Assembly: GCA_965202625.1 (NCBI GenBank)
Contig: CBDBBI010000010.1
Span: 2,336,001 to 2,400,000 of the forward strand
Length of the DNA: 64,000 bases
Reading direction: 5' to 3'
Source of the DNA: a bacterium
Lineage (GTDB): Bacteria > UBA8248
The position numbers and the translations under genes were made by a program. The notes under the pieces are model-generated. The model was not told where the DNA came from. It did no database searches and worked only from the letters and a program-made list of their open reading frames with translations. Below are positions 1 through 10,382 of this stretch, piece by piece; positions within the stretch are counted from its first letter, which is position 1; the number at the start of each line of letters is the position of its first letter.

Positions 1-459
1 GGTGACGGCCTCAAAGCTGCTGAAGCCGAACCGCCAGCCCGCAACCCCCAGCGGAATTGCGACGTCGAACGTCACCCAGTCGATGAGAAGCACGTAAAGG
101 ACCGCCAGCCCCATCAGGATGAGTGCCCACTGGTTCTCATAATCGCCAAAATAGCCGCGCAGCAATTCTCCGGGAGAGAAGCCCGCCCCCGTCCAGGCGC
201 CCTTTTTGAGGGCGCTCACTCCGAGGCCGACCGCCATCACCAGCAAACTCAAGCCCGTGAGAAAGGGCATGAAGCCCGGTGCGGTGAAGACGTTCGCCTC
301 CGGATTGGGCATGCGCAGCCCCAGAATGATGGCGAGAACGGCAACGGCTCCCACAACGCCTGCCGCCGCCAGGTCCTTTCTCGCCCCGGCTGGGTCTCCC
401 CCCTCCGCAGGCTTTGCGGGAAGAGGGGTCTTGCGGTCATCGTCGTTTGAGGAAACCAT
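1..459 (-). CDS. Probable tripartite tricarboxylate transporter small permease (TctB-like), truncated by window edge
   Basis: Own translation from ATG at 459 (MVSSNDDDRK...DLAAAGVVGAVAVLAIILGLRMPNP...APGFMPFLTGLSLLVMAVGL) is open to position 1, with several hydrophobic helices; lies directly downstream of a TctC-like gene. Not in the ORF track. Confidence 0.65.
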   Translation of the reverse strand, partial: MVSSNDDDRKTPLPAKPAEGGDPAGARKDLAAAGVVGAVAVLAIILGLRMPNPEANVFTAPGFMPFLTGLSLLVMAVGLGVSALKKGAWTGAGFSPGELLRGYFGDYENQWALILMGLAVLYVLLIDWVTFDVAIPLGVAGWRFGFSSFEAVT

Positions 460-565
460 GCGATTATTCCGGCGTATATCGAGACCAAGGAAACCCGCCT
501 GCTTCGGGCGCGTCGTCTCATCTTTTGAGCGGGGCACCCGAAGCAGACGCTGCGCGAAAAGCCGC

Positions 566-1714
566 CTAGCTCATGCGCGGCGTATAGCCTTTGGGCGGCC
601 ACCAGGCGTCGAAATCCTTCGGAGCGGGAAGCCCGAGTTCCTCGGGCCCGCGCACCTTTTTGCCGATGTGCTTTTGCAGCTTGAGCAGGGTGGTGGCACT
701 CAGGCTCTCCAGCTGCGCGGCGCGGCGATCGGCGTCCGCGCCCACGCGAATGTCGCTCTGGAAATACTTGCGCTTCGCGATCTTCGTGAAAGCGTCGGAC
801 TTCGCAGCGGCGATCCAGGCGGGCTTGATCTTGTTGAGCGCCTCGACCGGCGTCTGCCGCCGCACCGCGATGCTGTAGGTTCCCCCCATGGGCGTCAGCG
901 CCTTGAGGGCGGGTATGTAGTTGGCCACGGTATACGCCTTTCCGTAGTCGGGAATGTCCAGATCCTCCGGGCCCGTTTGCATGAGGTTTCTCAGTTTGCC
1001 CGCCCGGAAGAACTCGACGTGCTCATGCACGCCGCCGCCGGCGATGTCCACCTCGCCCTGCAGGCCGGCGACGGTCGCCGGCTTTCCGCCCTTGTAGGGG
1101 ACGAAGCGCAGCTCGATTCCCGCCGCGTCAGCGACGATGGCGCCCACCTCGTGCCAGATGCTGCCTACGCCCGACGTCGATATGGTGATCTGGCCGGATT
1201 TCTTCTTGGCCGCGGCTATCACGTCCTCAAAAGTCTTGAAGGGAGAGTCCGGACGCACCGACCAGCTCGCGAGCGAGGTCGCCGCCGCGAAATGCTGCCA
1301 GTCCATCCACGCCGCCGAATCCGCGTATCCCATCGGCCGGACGAACTTGTTGTAGTTCGCCGCTCCCAGCCACGTGTAGCCATCCGCCGCCTTGTTGAGC
1401 ACGTAGCGGGTAGCCACGCCGCCGACCGACCCCGGGCGGTTGATGGCGTTTATGGCCCAGCCGGTCGAGCGCGCCATCTCTCCCACGAGGGTGCGGATGA
1501 CGGTGTCCGTGCCGCCGCCCGCCGAATACATGACGACGGTGGTGATGGGACGCGCGGGCCAGCCGGCGGCACCCGCCTTGCGCGTCGTGAACGCGAGCGG
1601 TACTGCCGCCGCCGCACCCGCCGCACCGAGGGTTCGAATGAAGCTTCGGCGCGTGATGTGGGATGATTCGGGAACGATGATTCCCGAATCGTCCGGGGGT
1701 GTGTTTCTGGACAT
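566..1714 (-). CDS. Tripartite tricarboxylate transporter substrate-binding protein (TctC/Bug), Tat signal peptide
   Basis: TRRSFI twin-arginine motif; WPARPITTVVMYSAGGGTD, NRPG..G, ADGYT and VPYKGG motifs of the Bug/TctC family. Confidence 0.9.
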   Translation of the reverse strand: MSRNTPPDDSGIIVPESSHITRRSFIRTLGAAGAAAAVPLAFTTRKAGAAGWPARPITTVVMYSAGGGTDTVIRTLVGEMARSTGWAINAINRPGSVGGVATRYVLNKAADGYTWLGAANYNKFVRPMGYADSAAWMDWQHFAAATSLASWSVRPDSPFKTFEDVIAAAKKKSGQITISTSGVGSIWHEVGAIVADAAGIELRFVPYKGGKPATVAGLQGEVDIAGGGVHEHVEFFRAGKLRNLMQTGPEDLDIPDYGKAYTVANYIPALKALTPMGGTYSIAVRRQTPVEALNKIKPAWIAAAKSDAFTKIAKRKYFQSDIRVGADADRRAAQLESLSATTLLKLQKHIGKKVRGPEELGLPAPKDFDAWWPPKGYTPRMS

Positions 1715-1944
1715 GGCGTATCCTCCGGTTGAGATGAAAAACGGTTGAGGTGAAAAGGCCGATCATGGCGAGACGCAAGCCAACCATGACCCGACGCGCG
1801 GGCTATCCCGCATCCCTTGCGCAATAGATTCCTTGCCCTCTTTCTTTCTCTTATCTTTCGATTCGGTATAACTTCCATCCTAGCATGAAAGGCGCGCGCT
1901 GCGCAAAACGGAGTATTCCGAAGCGCGCCCGCCTCCGCCGTCGC

Positions 1945-2304
1945 CTACCCGCACCGCACCTTGAGAACCCGCCCCGCATCGTCGAGGACGACGTTCAGCC
2001 GCTCCGGCCGGTAATCCATGGAGATGCGGCTGCCAAAGCGATAGACGCGCAGGGGTCGAGGCAGGGCGGCCGGGTCGATCTCCCCCCACGGCTGGCCGAT
2101 GAGTTTTTGATGTCGCGCAGCGGCACACCTGTGCTCCCGCGCCCTTTTAAGCACCGCGCGGCGCGGCCCTCTCGCATCCCCCGCTCCGGACGGGCGAGGT
2201 TCTGCGGTCGCGCCCCCCTGCCGCTCAGGTGCCGTCGGCACGGCGCAGCTGCAGAGCAGGAGTGCCGAGAACAGGGTCGGTGCGGTGCTCCAAAATGGCA
2301 GCAA
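1945..2304 (-). CDS. Peptidase inhibitor I78 family putative lipoprotein
   Basis: C-terminal SMDYRPERLNVVLDDAGRVLKVRCG matches the I78 pattern (T-M-D-Y/F-R-x-x-R-L-N...C-G); hydrophobic N-terminus with LLLCSC lipobox-like motif. Confidence 0.8.
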   Translation of the reverse strand: MLPFWSTAPTLFSALLLCSCAVPTAPERQGGATAEPRPSGAGDARGPRRAVLKRAREHRCAAARHQKLIGQPWGEIDPAALPRPLRVYRFGSRISMDYRPERLNVVLDDAGRVLKVRCG

Positions 2305-2348
2305 ACCTCCTCTCCTCCCCGCAGCCGCTTCGTCCGAGAAAACGCCCT

Positions 2349-4904
2349 TCAGAACTCAGTCCGCCAGCCCGTCATCAGGTTGAGGGCGGGCTTCGCGTCC
2401 GCGTGTCCAGGGTTGTGCGAGACGATCACCCCCGCGCGCAGCTCGCCGCCGAACACGCCCTTTCGGCGCCAGCGCGTCGATACGTCAATTTGCCGCACAG
2501 AGGGGACGAGGCTGGCCGAGAACGAATCGCTGAGCACCGCGCCGTCCCTGCCGCGTCCGACCGGCAGGGTGAGCCGCGCCGAGCCGCTCTCTACCCGGGG
2601 CGGCTGGGATACGGAAAGCACCACCTCGTCGCGATCGCCCAGGCGGCGGCTGGCGCGCAGCGAGACCGCACTCGTAGTCAGCCTCGAGAAGTCGTCGATG
2701 ATTCCGCCGCCCACGCCCGGGGCGACCAGACCGATCTCGGCGTCCAGAGCGAGGCGCCACCCGCCGAACTCGGCGGCCGCCTCAAAGCCGGCGAAAAGGT
2801 TGTCCGCAGAGAGGCTGCCGAACGCGCCGTCCGCCCTGGAGCCCAGCACGGTTTCCTCCTCACGGAGCCACCCCAGGCGCACTCCGAAGGGCGTCTCCGC
2901 CGGCCGCCAGGCGAGCAGGGCGCCGATTTCCGAGGCCTGGCTCCCCCGGTCGTGGTCGGGGGCGGCGAACATGGTCGCCTCCAGCCCGTTTCGCGCTCTG
3001 AAGGCGAGGGTCAAGGCGTTCTCGGCGACGTTGAGCAGGCTACTCTCGGCACTGCCCGGCGATCCGGACGAGGCGAATCGCCATCCGCCCCGATGGACGG
3101 CGCGCGCATGGGCACCGAGCGAGGTACGCGTCCCGCGCGCGGCGGTCCAATCCGCCTCCTTCGGCGCCATGAGATCGCTCAGCTGCCGCAGGCCGGAAGA
3201 GCGGCCCGCACTCCAGGCGAAGTCCGAAGCCTTGAACCAGAACGGCGCGCCGAGGGAGTCGAACGCGGCGATCTCGCGCCCGGCCAGTGCGCGCCTGAAT
3301 ACGTCCCCGAAAGCGGCGCCCGTCTGGAGGGAGGTGGTGCGGACGTCCTCTCCTCCGGGGGCGTCCGCGCGCGCGCTCGTCGAAATCCGCGCTGTGCCCA
3401 CCGGCGAGACCGCCGCGCCCAGGTCCATCATCCCCTGCCCGTAAATGGAGGAATAGGGCGTGCCGTCGTCGGCGGTGCTGTCCGGCGCATAGACGTCGCT
3501 CTTGTCTGCGGTCGCAAAGAGGCGCGTCAACAGCTCCCTGTTGGTGAGCTGATTCCGGAAGAAATGTTTCATCAGGGCAAGACCGCCGGAGACCATGGGC
3601 GTGGCAGCGGAGGTGCCTCTGAAGATGATGAGGTCGAAATCCGTCTGGGGACCGAAGTAGGCACTTATGACGTCGACCCCGGGGGCGGCGATGCACCAGG
3701 GGCCGGCGATTCCGCAGCGGTTGGAGAAACTGGCGATTTCGCCGCTCCGGTCCGTGGCGACGGCGACGACGTTGTGCCCCTGAAGTTCAGGCAGCAAGGC
3801 GACTATCCCGGCGTCAACGTTGGGCGAGGTCGCCCGATGGCTGTAGCCCGTGGTACTGCCGGAATCGGCGAAGCAATTCTGATCTTGGGGGCCATCGCAT
3901 TCCGCGCCGTGGTCGTTGCCTGCGGACCAGACGAATATGGCCGGATTCTCAACGCCTGTTTGTGCTACCGGTGCCACGTCATCTAACACCTCATCGAAAA
4001 GGGCGGACCCGCGTAGTGGTCCCCCCACATCATAATTCTCGACGAAGGTGGACTGGATAGCGAGGCTGTTGTTCACAATGTCCACGCCGCTTTGCAGAAT
4101 GGCGCGATACGCCGCGGCATAATCGAACGAGCTTATCTCGCTTGCCGAAAAGTAGTCGGTGATGGGTGCGGTGAACACCTTGAAATCCGCACCCCAGGCG
4201 AGACCGGTGAAACCCCCTCGTCCGGGCTGGGCGGCCATGATGCCCGTGACGGCCGTCCCATGCGAAAGACTATTCAGAGTGGGGAAACCCGCTAGCACCT
4301 CATCCGGCAGCCCCTGCAGGAGCGTTTCGGTGATGCGCGCGCCGGTGAATAGGATATGGCCGAGATCGACGCCCGAATCCAGAACGCCGATGCGGACTCC
4401 GGCGCCCGGACGCGCGTCCATGCCGTGCTTCACCTGTATCGCCGCGTGCGCCTCGTCCGCGTTGAGTGCTCCCAGACCCCACTGTCTTTGAAAATCAGAG
4501 GTCGCCGCAATCTGATCGGCGATCGGATCGCGCCGACTGTAGAATTCACTCTCCGAGATGCATCCATGGTCGGCAGTCTGAATGCAGGCGCCAGTCGGAG
4601 GGGGAGGATCAGGATCAGTCACAGGCGGAGGTGGAGGCGGAGGAGGTGGAGGTGGTGGAGGTGGAGGATCAGGCGCAGGAGTAGGTGTGGGATCAGGCGT
4701 GGGAGTAGGTGTGGGAGTAGGTGTCGGAGTGGGTGTCGGAGTGGGTGTCGGAGTGGGAGTGGGCGTGGGGTTAGGCGTCGGAGTGGGGATAGGAGCAGGT
4801 GAAGCGGCTGAACCGCCGCCTCCGCCGCCTCCGCAGCCGGTTAACGCCGCCCAGAACAACAGCAGCGCAAAGCAGGAAGCAAGTCTGCAAGTTTGGAAGA
4901 ACAT
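2349..4904 (-). CDS. Subtilisin-like S8 serine peptidase with lipoprotein signal, Pro/Thr linker and probable C-terminal beta-barrel (autotransporter-like)
   Basis: Triad motifs VLDSG, SHGTAV, GTSAATP; SAGND oxyanion motif; LTGC lipobox followed by poly-Gly; terminal WRTEF. Start placed at MFFQ (4904) after a GAGGA RBS. Confidence 0.85.
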   Translation of the reverse strand: MFFQTCRLASCFALLLFWAALTGCGGGGGGGSAASPAPIPTPTPNPTPTPTPTPTPTPTPTPTPTPTPTPDPTPTPAPDPPPPPPPPPPPPPPPVTDPDPPPPTGACIQTADHGCISESEFYSRRDPIADQIAATSDFQRQWGLGALNADEAHAAIQVKHGMDARPGAGVRIGVLDSGVDLGHILFTGARITETLLQGLPDEVLAGFPTLNSLSHGTAVTGIMAAQPGRGGFTGLAWGADFKVFTAPITDYFSASEISSFDYAAAYRAILQSGVDIVNNSLAIQSTFVENYDVGGPLRGSALFDEVLDDVAPVAQTGVENPAIFVWSAGNDHGAECDGPQDQNCFADSGSTTGYSHRATSPNVDAGIVALLPELQGHNVVAVATDRSGEIASFSNRCGIAGPWCIAAPGVDVISAYFGPQTDFDLIIFRGTSAATPMVSGGLALMKHFFRNQLTNRELLTRLFATADKSDVYAPDSTADDGTPYSSIYGQGMMDLGAAVSPVGTARISTSARADAPGGEDVRTTSLQTGAAFGDVFRRALAGREIAAFDSLGAPFWFKASDFAWSAGRSSGLRQLSDLMAPKEADWTAARGTRTSLGAHARAVHRGGWRFASSGSPGSAESSLLNVAENALTLAFRARNGLEATMFAAPDHDRGSQASEIGALLAWRPAETPFGVRLGWLREEETVLGSRADGAFGSLSADNLFAGFEAAAEFGGWRLALDAEIGLVAPGVGGGIIDDFSRLTTSAVSLRASRRLGDRDEVVLSVSQPPRVESGSARLTLPVGRGRDGAVLSDSFSASLVPSVRQIDVSTRWRRKGVFGGELRAGVIVSHNPGHADAKPALNLMTGWRTEF
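4600..4835 (-). repeat. Low-complexity coding repeats: (PT)n hexamers, poly-Pro and poly-Gly in the S8 peptidase linker
   Basis: Plus strand shows GGAGTG/GGTGTC/GGAGTA hexamer runs and GGTGGA/GGCGGA runs. Confidence 0.9.
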
Positions 4905-5333
4905 AGGCTTTTCCTCATATCGTGGACTATATCGTGGGCTGCGAATGCGCGTGAAGGTGAGGGGCGATTCTATGCAATCCAGGAGGGGAAGTCCATGCGA
5001 TTTCACGCGGGCATCTACTGCCCTGGCCGCGCGATGAGGTGAGGAGGAGAACGGAAAAAGACGGCTGGGCACGCCCGCCTGGCGGCGGCACTGTTTTCTG
5101 GAACTGGCGTTGTTCTTCGCCGTTCTGGGCGTGAACCTGCCCCCGGAGCCTGGGTTCGAGACGCTCCGGACTCCAGGCGGGATCGTCCGCTTCAGACGCC
5201 ACGTTTTCTCCAGCGAACCGGAGATGGGCGCTCGTCCGCTCGTCAAGCCTCACGCAGTCGCGCATGACTGTGATAGGATGAGCGTCCGTTCTGGATGAGA
5301 GAACATCACCCGAATCAGAAGGAAGCGCGAGAC

Positions 5334-6362
5334 ATGAAGATAGGAGTGTTGACCGGGGGTGGAGACTGCCCCGGCCTGAACGCGGTCATCCGCGCCGTGA
5401 CGGCCTCGAATTTCCATCGCGGGATCCACACCCTGGGCATTCGCCGAGGCTGGCGCGGCCTGGTGGAGGGGGATTTCGTCGAAATTACGGGCCCGATGAT
5501 ATCCGGCATCCTTGACAAGGGCGGTACCATTCTCGGCTCATCCAGGACGAACCCGATGAAGGATCCGGCCATGCTCGAGCAGTTCAGGGAGAACTGGCGC
5601 GCATCCGGAATCGACGGCCTCATCGCCATCGGGGGCGATGACACGCTGAGCGTCGCCGCCTTTCTGGACAAGGAAGGCTTCAACGTCATCAGCCTGCCCA
5701 AGACGATCGACAACGACATCGGCCTCACGGACTATTCGTTCGGCTTTCACACCGCCGTCGGCGTCATCACCGACGCCATCGACCGCCTTCGCACCACGGC
5801 GGAGGCACACGACCGCGTCATCATTCTCGAGGTCATGGGACGCCACTCGGGCTGGCTCGCCACCTACGCGGGAATCGCCGGCGGTGCCGACCTCATTCTC
5901 GTGCCCGAGCGTCCCTTCGACATCGACGAGGTGACCGACGTCCTCAAGGCCCGCTTCGCGCGGGGGCGCAACTTCGCCAACGTGGTCGTGGCGGAGGGTG
6001 CCAAGCCCAAAGGTGCGGAAGACTACATCACGCGCAGCCAGTCGAAGGATGATTTCGGACACGTCCAGCTCGGCGGCGTCGGCGAATATCTCGCCCGAGA
6101 AATCGGGGATCGAATGGACGTGGATACGCGCGCCGTCATTCTGGGACACATCCAGCGCGGAGGATCGCCCGTGCCCTACGACCGGGTGCTGGCGACCCGC
6201 CTCGGCGTTCGGGCGAGCGAACTCGCACACGAGGGAACCTGGGGCGTCATGGTCGCCCTCCAGGGCCGCGCCATCAATCCGGTTCCGCTGAGCGAGGCGC
6301 TCGGAAAGGTGAACGAACTGCCTGAGGACTTCTTCGATACCGCGGCGCTTTTCTTCGGATAG
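5334..6362 (+). CDS. pfkA: 6-phosphofructokinase (PfkA family) with PPi-type signature
   Basis: MKIGVLTGGGDCPGLNAVIR, GGTILGSSR, GGDDT, PKTIDND, EVMGR, LGHIQRGG. Confidence 0.92.
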   Translation: MKIGVLTGGGDCPGLNAVIRAVTASNFHRGIHTLGIRRGWRGLVEGDFVEITGPMISGILDKGGTILGSSRTNPMKDPAMLEQFRENWRASGIDGLIAIGGDDTLSVAAFLDKEGFNVISLPKTIDNDIGLTDYSFGFHTAVGVITDAIDRLRTTAEAHDRVIILEVMGRHSGWLATYAGIAGGADLILVPERPFDIDEVTDVLKARFARGRNFANVVVAEGAKPKGAEDYITRSQSKDDFGHVQLGGVGEYLAREIGDRMDVDTRAVILGHIQRGGSPVPYDRVLATRLGVRASELAHEGTWGVMVALQGRAINPVPLSEALGKVNELPEDFFDTAALFFG

Positions 6363-6471
6363 CCCCTCACGCACCCCTCGAATTTCGCGCGTTCATGGAC
6401 GAGGCGAAGCGCTTCTCACCCTGCGAGGCGCTCATGGATGCTTTCCATTCCACCGCGCGCGCATGGACGAT

Positions 6472-6588
6472 GCAGCCAGCAAAAATCATTGCGAACCGCC
6501 CCGAGAAAGGCCGTTTTTCGGGGCGTAAAACGGCTGTGCAAGGGCGTTGCAAAAGGCGTTCAAGGCAGGTCGTCGAACGTGACGGCGG
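6472..6588. repeat. Dispersed degenerate repeat, copy 1 (related to 40923-41006), with internal hairpin 6497-6525
   Basis: 6560-6588 matches 40978-41006 at 26/29 nt; the block AAAATCATTGCGAA is also shared. Confidence 0.7.
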
Positions 6589-6652
6589 TGCGTATGTCCT
6601 CGGCTCTGGATGGGTTAGCCTCCGTAGGAGGGTCCCAAGTTTCTCTATCAGG

Positions 6653-7069
6653 TTACTCCAAGAAACGCGAAAGGCGTCGTTCCAGGGAGTCCACGTTGCT
6701 AGTTTCACATTCCCATACGACGTAAGTTGACCATCCCAATTCCTCAAGAATGGAAATCGAACGAACGTCCCGCTCGTGATTTTTAGCAACCCTACTCGCC
6801 CAATACTCGGTTCGGGTTTTCGGCAGAGACGCGCGCTTGCAGTTCTCGTGCCCATGCCAAAAACAGCCATGCACGAAGATGACTTTTCTTCTACCCGGAA
6901 ACACGACGTCGGGAGAACCGGGAAGGTCGTCTCGGTGAATCCTGTATCTATAGCCTTTTGAAAAAAGAAGTTTTCTGACAATCAATTCAGGAGCCGTATC
7001 TCGCTGCTTCACACGTTTCATGCGAAACGACACGCTCTCATCTACGCGCAAGTCGTCCTTGCGGCTCAT
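6653..7069 (-). CDS. vsr: Very short patch repair endonuclease Vsr
   Basis: RDTAPE, LPGSPDVV, FVHGCFWHGH, VVWEC; start overlaps the methyltransferase stop (TAATG). Confidence 0.93.
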   Translation of the reverse strand: MSRKDDLRVDESVSFRMKRVKQRDTAPELIVRKLLFSKGYRYRIHRDDLPGSPDVVFPGRRKVIFVHGCFWHGHENCKRASLPKTRTEYWASRVAKNHERDVRSISILEELGWSTYVVWECETSNVDSLERRLSRFLE

Positions 7070-8142
7070 TATTTTTGCTCGGCAGAGTGCATCAATCCCA
7101 TTTGGCATTGACGAGATACGGCTTCCGCGAAATCGGGCGGCAGCGCGTTTCCGACGACGTTGCAGACGTGTTCCATGTATGGTGTATCGAAACGATAATT
7201 TTCGGGGAAGGTTTGCAGTAGTGCGGCCTCACGAACGGAGATCGTTCTATCCTGTATCGGATGTCCGAACCGGCCCTTGCTGAACGTCGTGCATCCGCCG
7301 GTGATCGTAGGCGACGGCTGATCCCACTTCATGCGGCCGTATACGTTCGTGAACCCCTCGTAGCCGCCTTGGTGACAACTCGGCCTTAACCGCTCGGGGA
7401 TGCTCGTCCAGGTCTTTCCTGCTTTCGCAACCTTGATGCGCTTCACGTTCTCCGGGGAAAGCGTTCGCACGACGTGCCAATCCGAGAGTCGCACTTCTCC
7501 GCGCTCCTTGGCTTCCCGCAAGGTGACCGGCTCGGCCACACGACCAATCGCGTCTTTCACTGTTTTCCAGCGATTCAGCCCATTTTCGCCATTTCTCGAG
7601 TGCGTTCGCATTGGCATATCAATCTTGAAGCCGAGTCCGCCCAGCAACACCAAACGCCGTCGAAGCTGCGGAACCCCATAGTCGGCGACTTGCAGCACGT
7701 CGTCCGTCAGATCGTAGCCGATCCCTTGAAGCCGCCGCTTCAACTCTTCATAGCGCGGCGCACCTTTCTTGGCCAAGCCGGGCACGTTTTCCATCATGAG
7801 GGCTCGCGGCTTCATCTCTTCCGCCAAGCGCGCCATCTCGAAGATCAGATCGTTTCGGTCGTCGTCTTTTCGATATTTGACAGTCAGGCTCGTAAAGCCC
7901 TGGCAAGGCGGACACCCCGCCAGTAAATCAATGCTCTTTTTGCCGGTGAGGCCCAGCAGACGTTCGCCTGAAAAGGTGGCGACGTCTTCCTTCAAAGCGC
8001 GAACTTCTGGATGATTCGCTCGATAGGTCGCGTAGGAGTGTTCCTCAATTTCAATCGCCGCCACTACGTCGAACCCGGCCCGCTTCAAACCTACGGTCAG
8101 GCCCCCGCCCCCAGCGAACAGATCGATTGCCGCAAGTGCCAT
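7069..8142 (-). CDS. dcm: DNA (cytosine-5)-methyltransferase
   Basis: DLFAGGGG (motif I), PPCQGF (IV), MENV (VI), YGVPQLRRR (VIII), R..SVREAA.LQTFP (IX), GNA (X). Confidence 0.95.
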   Translation of the reverse strand: MALAAIDLFAGGGGLTVGLKRAGFDVVAAIEIEEHSYATYRANHPEVRALKEDVATFSGERLLGLTGKKSIDLLAGCPPCQGFTSLTVKYRKDDDRNDLIFEMARLAEEMKPRALMMENVPGLAKKGAPRYEELKRRLQGIGYDLTDDVLQVADYGVPQLRRRLVLLGGLGFKIDMPMRTHSRNGENGLNRWKTVKDAIGRVAEPVTLREAKERGEVRLSDWHVVRTLSPENVKRIKVAKAGKTWTSIPERLRPSCHQGGYEGFTNVYGRMKWDQPSPTITGGCTTFSKGRFGHPIQDRTISVREAALLQTFPENYRFDTPYMEHVCNVVGNALPPDFAEAVSRQCQMGLMHSAEQK

Positions 8143-8150
8143 GCTAACGA

Positions 8151-10265
8151 TTACCTCTTAGAGGAAACCAACGTGCGTTGCTGCTCGGCCTCGTCCAAGA
8201 AGTCTTTGTGCATGTTTTCAGTCCGTCGCAGAAAGCTTCGCCAATTAAAGTAGGTCAACTTCTTCTGGTCCGTATAGCCATTATAGGCGGCACGCTGAGA
8301 ACCCGTTAAAGCGATCTCATCGCAAACAAGGGTGATGTGGAAATCACGAAATGATTTTTGAAAAATCGCATTTGCCTTGTCGTGTAAGAACAAATCCATC
8401 GAGTCGTAATACGTGACGATCCTGTCCATCTCTTCGTTCGTGAGCTTATGGTGAGGTTTCTTGATCTCGACGATCTGAACTATCCCTTCTTGGCTTGTCA
8501 AAACGAAATCTGGTCTCTTATTCGGATCGTGGAAATCAGACAAAGAAATAGATTGTCCCTGTTCCTTTTCATAGTGTTTCTCAAATTCTGTTCTCAGGCT
8601 ATTGAGTGATTGATTCGCAATTACCGGCGCCCATTCGGGGTTGACGAGCCAAGGGGCGTTTTCTATCAAATTCTGTAAGCAGACTTCCTTGGTACTCTCT
8701 TCGTCTTTTAGCTTTTTTAGACGATTGATGACGTTAAGACGACCCTCGGCAATCCGGCCAAACGACGAGAGTTCCGCAATGCGAGCGGTTCGCAAGAGAG
8801 AGCTAAGCATCGCAAGAGGCGTTTCTGTTTGCTTGGCGGCATCCCTCATCTTTTTATCAAGGGTGATGTGTGGGGCGAAAGTTATGCTTAGATTAACAAG
8901 ATCATCTGCTACGCTTGCATCTTCCGCCTCCGCGCGACTGATAGATCGTCCGAATATTTTGGCTACTTCGGTTGCCCGATCCCGGATCTCTTGTTGGGCA
9001 TCGTTCGGAAAACTCTCCCGAATACGCTCACAGACACGCCCGGTCTCAAAAAATAAATCTAAAGTGGCTTTTCTCATCGGGTCTCGGGATAGAGTCCCAA
9101 TGTGCGCAACTATACTTTGTCCCCATTTTTGAAACGCGAAACCGAGCTCGTCGGACCAAAGGATGTCCCGCCGATCCGTTTGAATTAAATCTTCGTCCTC
9201 GTCAAGCCAATCCGCGTGTAACTCGCCCACCAGATAAGAACGGACGTTGTGCTCTCCTGTAAAACCAGCGCGCTTGTTAAACACCATCGTTTGGGCGGCG
9301 ATTTTTCCGCGGCAATAAATTCTTACTCCAGCCATCAAGTCGTCTTTATATGGTTCTTTTGAATACGCCATCCAACCACTTATAGGATAGGGCTCTTGAT
9401 CATGCTCGAAGCCTGCTTGAAGAACGTTGATCGTATTGCCGTCGGGCCCGATGACTTCTCCTTGCCCTGTGTTGCTATTCTGCTGAAACAAGATGTTCGT
9501 ATTCGGCATCTTAGGAACGTCGAACTTACCGACGTTCCTAAGATGGTCTGGGTCGGAAGGGCATTTAGTATTGTCCTGAAGAACTATCCGCCAATTCTTG
9601 GACTGAATGCCAAACCGCTGGGCAATCTGTCGGGAGAGAGTTTGAACGTCGGGAACCTGCCGGTAATTGAAATCTTTCAGTATTACCTTCGTTCCGGTCT
9701 TGTCTCTAAGTGTATCATCCAGATTTCCAACACTTGGCTTGTACTGTTCGTCTGGTTCTCCGTTCTCGGCAACGATTTGATCATATTTGAGAATGACGTG
9801 CGACGTTAAGTATCCGCTTTCTGTCGTTCTGTTTTCTTCTCGAGTGATCTTTGAGCCACCAGCGCTTATCACCTCTATAATCTTGCAGATTCCGAAGGGT
9901 GCCAGTTTGCCAACGCCTTTCCTTCCCATGACCTTTCGCTTGTGGATCGGGGAAGTTGGGCCTCGACGGGAATCCGTTCTCCGCTCGGCGCCAACGAGCA
10001 GGAAAAAGCTCTGCATTTCTTTCGGCGTCATACCGGTTCCATCGTCTTCGACTTCTATCGTGAGATTCTTGTCCCTAAGGGTACCTTTCGCCCTTGTTGC
10101 AAGATACTGTCCCATCGGTGCGCACACGAAAACTTCCTTGGCATCGGCGTCGTAAGAGTTCGCAATGAGCTCGGCGATGACCGCGGATACCTTGTCGTAG
10201 AGTTTCACGCCGAGTTTGTCGACCGTGAGTCGGGATATCCTCATCGTATATTCGTTAGTCATCAC
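8151..10265 (-). CDS. GHKL (MORC/Hsp90-like) ATPase with C-terminal PD-(D/E)xK-like nuclease domain
   Basis: ELIANSYDA, DDGTGM, GRKGVGK, TGTKV GHKL boxes; C-terminal RPDFVL...IVEIKKP; visibly AT-richer than flanks. Confidence 0.85.
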   Translation of the reverse strand: MMTNEYTMRISRLTVDKLGVKLYDKVSAVIAELIANSYDADAKEVFVCAPMGQYLATRAKGTLRDKNLTIEVEDDGTGMTPKEMQSFFLLVGAERRTDSRRGPTSPIHKRKVMGRKGVGKLAPFGICKIIEVISAGGSKITREENRTTESGYLTSHVILKYDQIVAENGEPDEQYKPSVGNLDDTLRDKTGTKVILKDFNYRQVPDVQTLSRQIAQRFGIQSKNWRIVLQDNTKCPSDPDHLRNVGKFDVPKMPNTNILFQQNSNTGQGEVIGPDGNTINVLQAGFEHDQEPYPISGWMAYSKEPYKDDLMAGVRIYCRGKIAAQTMVFNKRAGFTGEHNVRSYLVGELHADWLDEDEDLIQTDRRDILWSDELGFAFQKWGQSIVAHIGTLSRDPMRKATLDLFFETGRVCERIRESFPNDAQQEIRDRATEVAKIFGRSISRAEAEDASVADDLVNLSITFAPHITLDKKMRDAAKQTETPLAMLSSLLRTARIAELSSFGRIAEGRLNVINRLKKLKDEESTKEVCLQNLIENAPWLVNPEWAPVIANQSLNSLRTEFEKHYEKEQGQSISLSDFHDPNKRPDFVLTSQEGIVQIVEIKKPHHKLTNEEMDRIVTYYDSMDLFLHDKANAIFQKSFRDFHITLVCDEIALTGSQRAAYNGYTDQKKLTYFNWRSFLRRTENMHKDFLDEAEQQRTLVSSKR

Positions 10266-10382
10266 GAATCCCCTTGTGAATCTTTGATCTGACGTTTACC
10301 ATCACGTCCATGCTATTCTATATTCTACCGCCGACTGCCTCGGCACGCGCTCCAGAAAACGGTAGGCGCTCTGTTTTCGGAA

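Noticed and set aside
206-3986. Long Arg/Ala/Pro-rich plus-strand ORFs (486, 519, 585 aa) and similar antisense ORFs across the window
   Set aside because: Shadow ORFs opposite well-supported genes in high-GC DNA, with no recognisable motifs.
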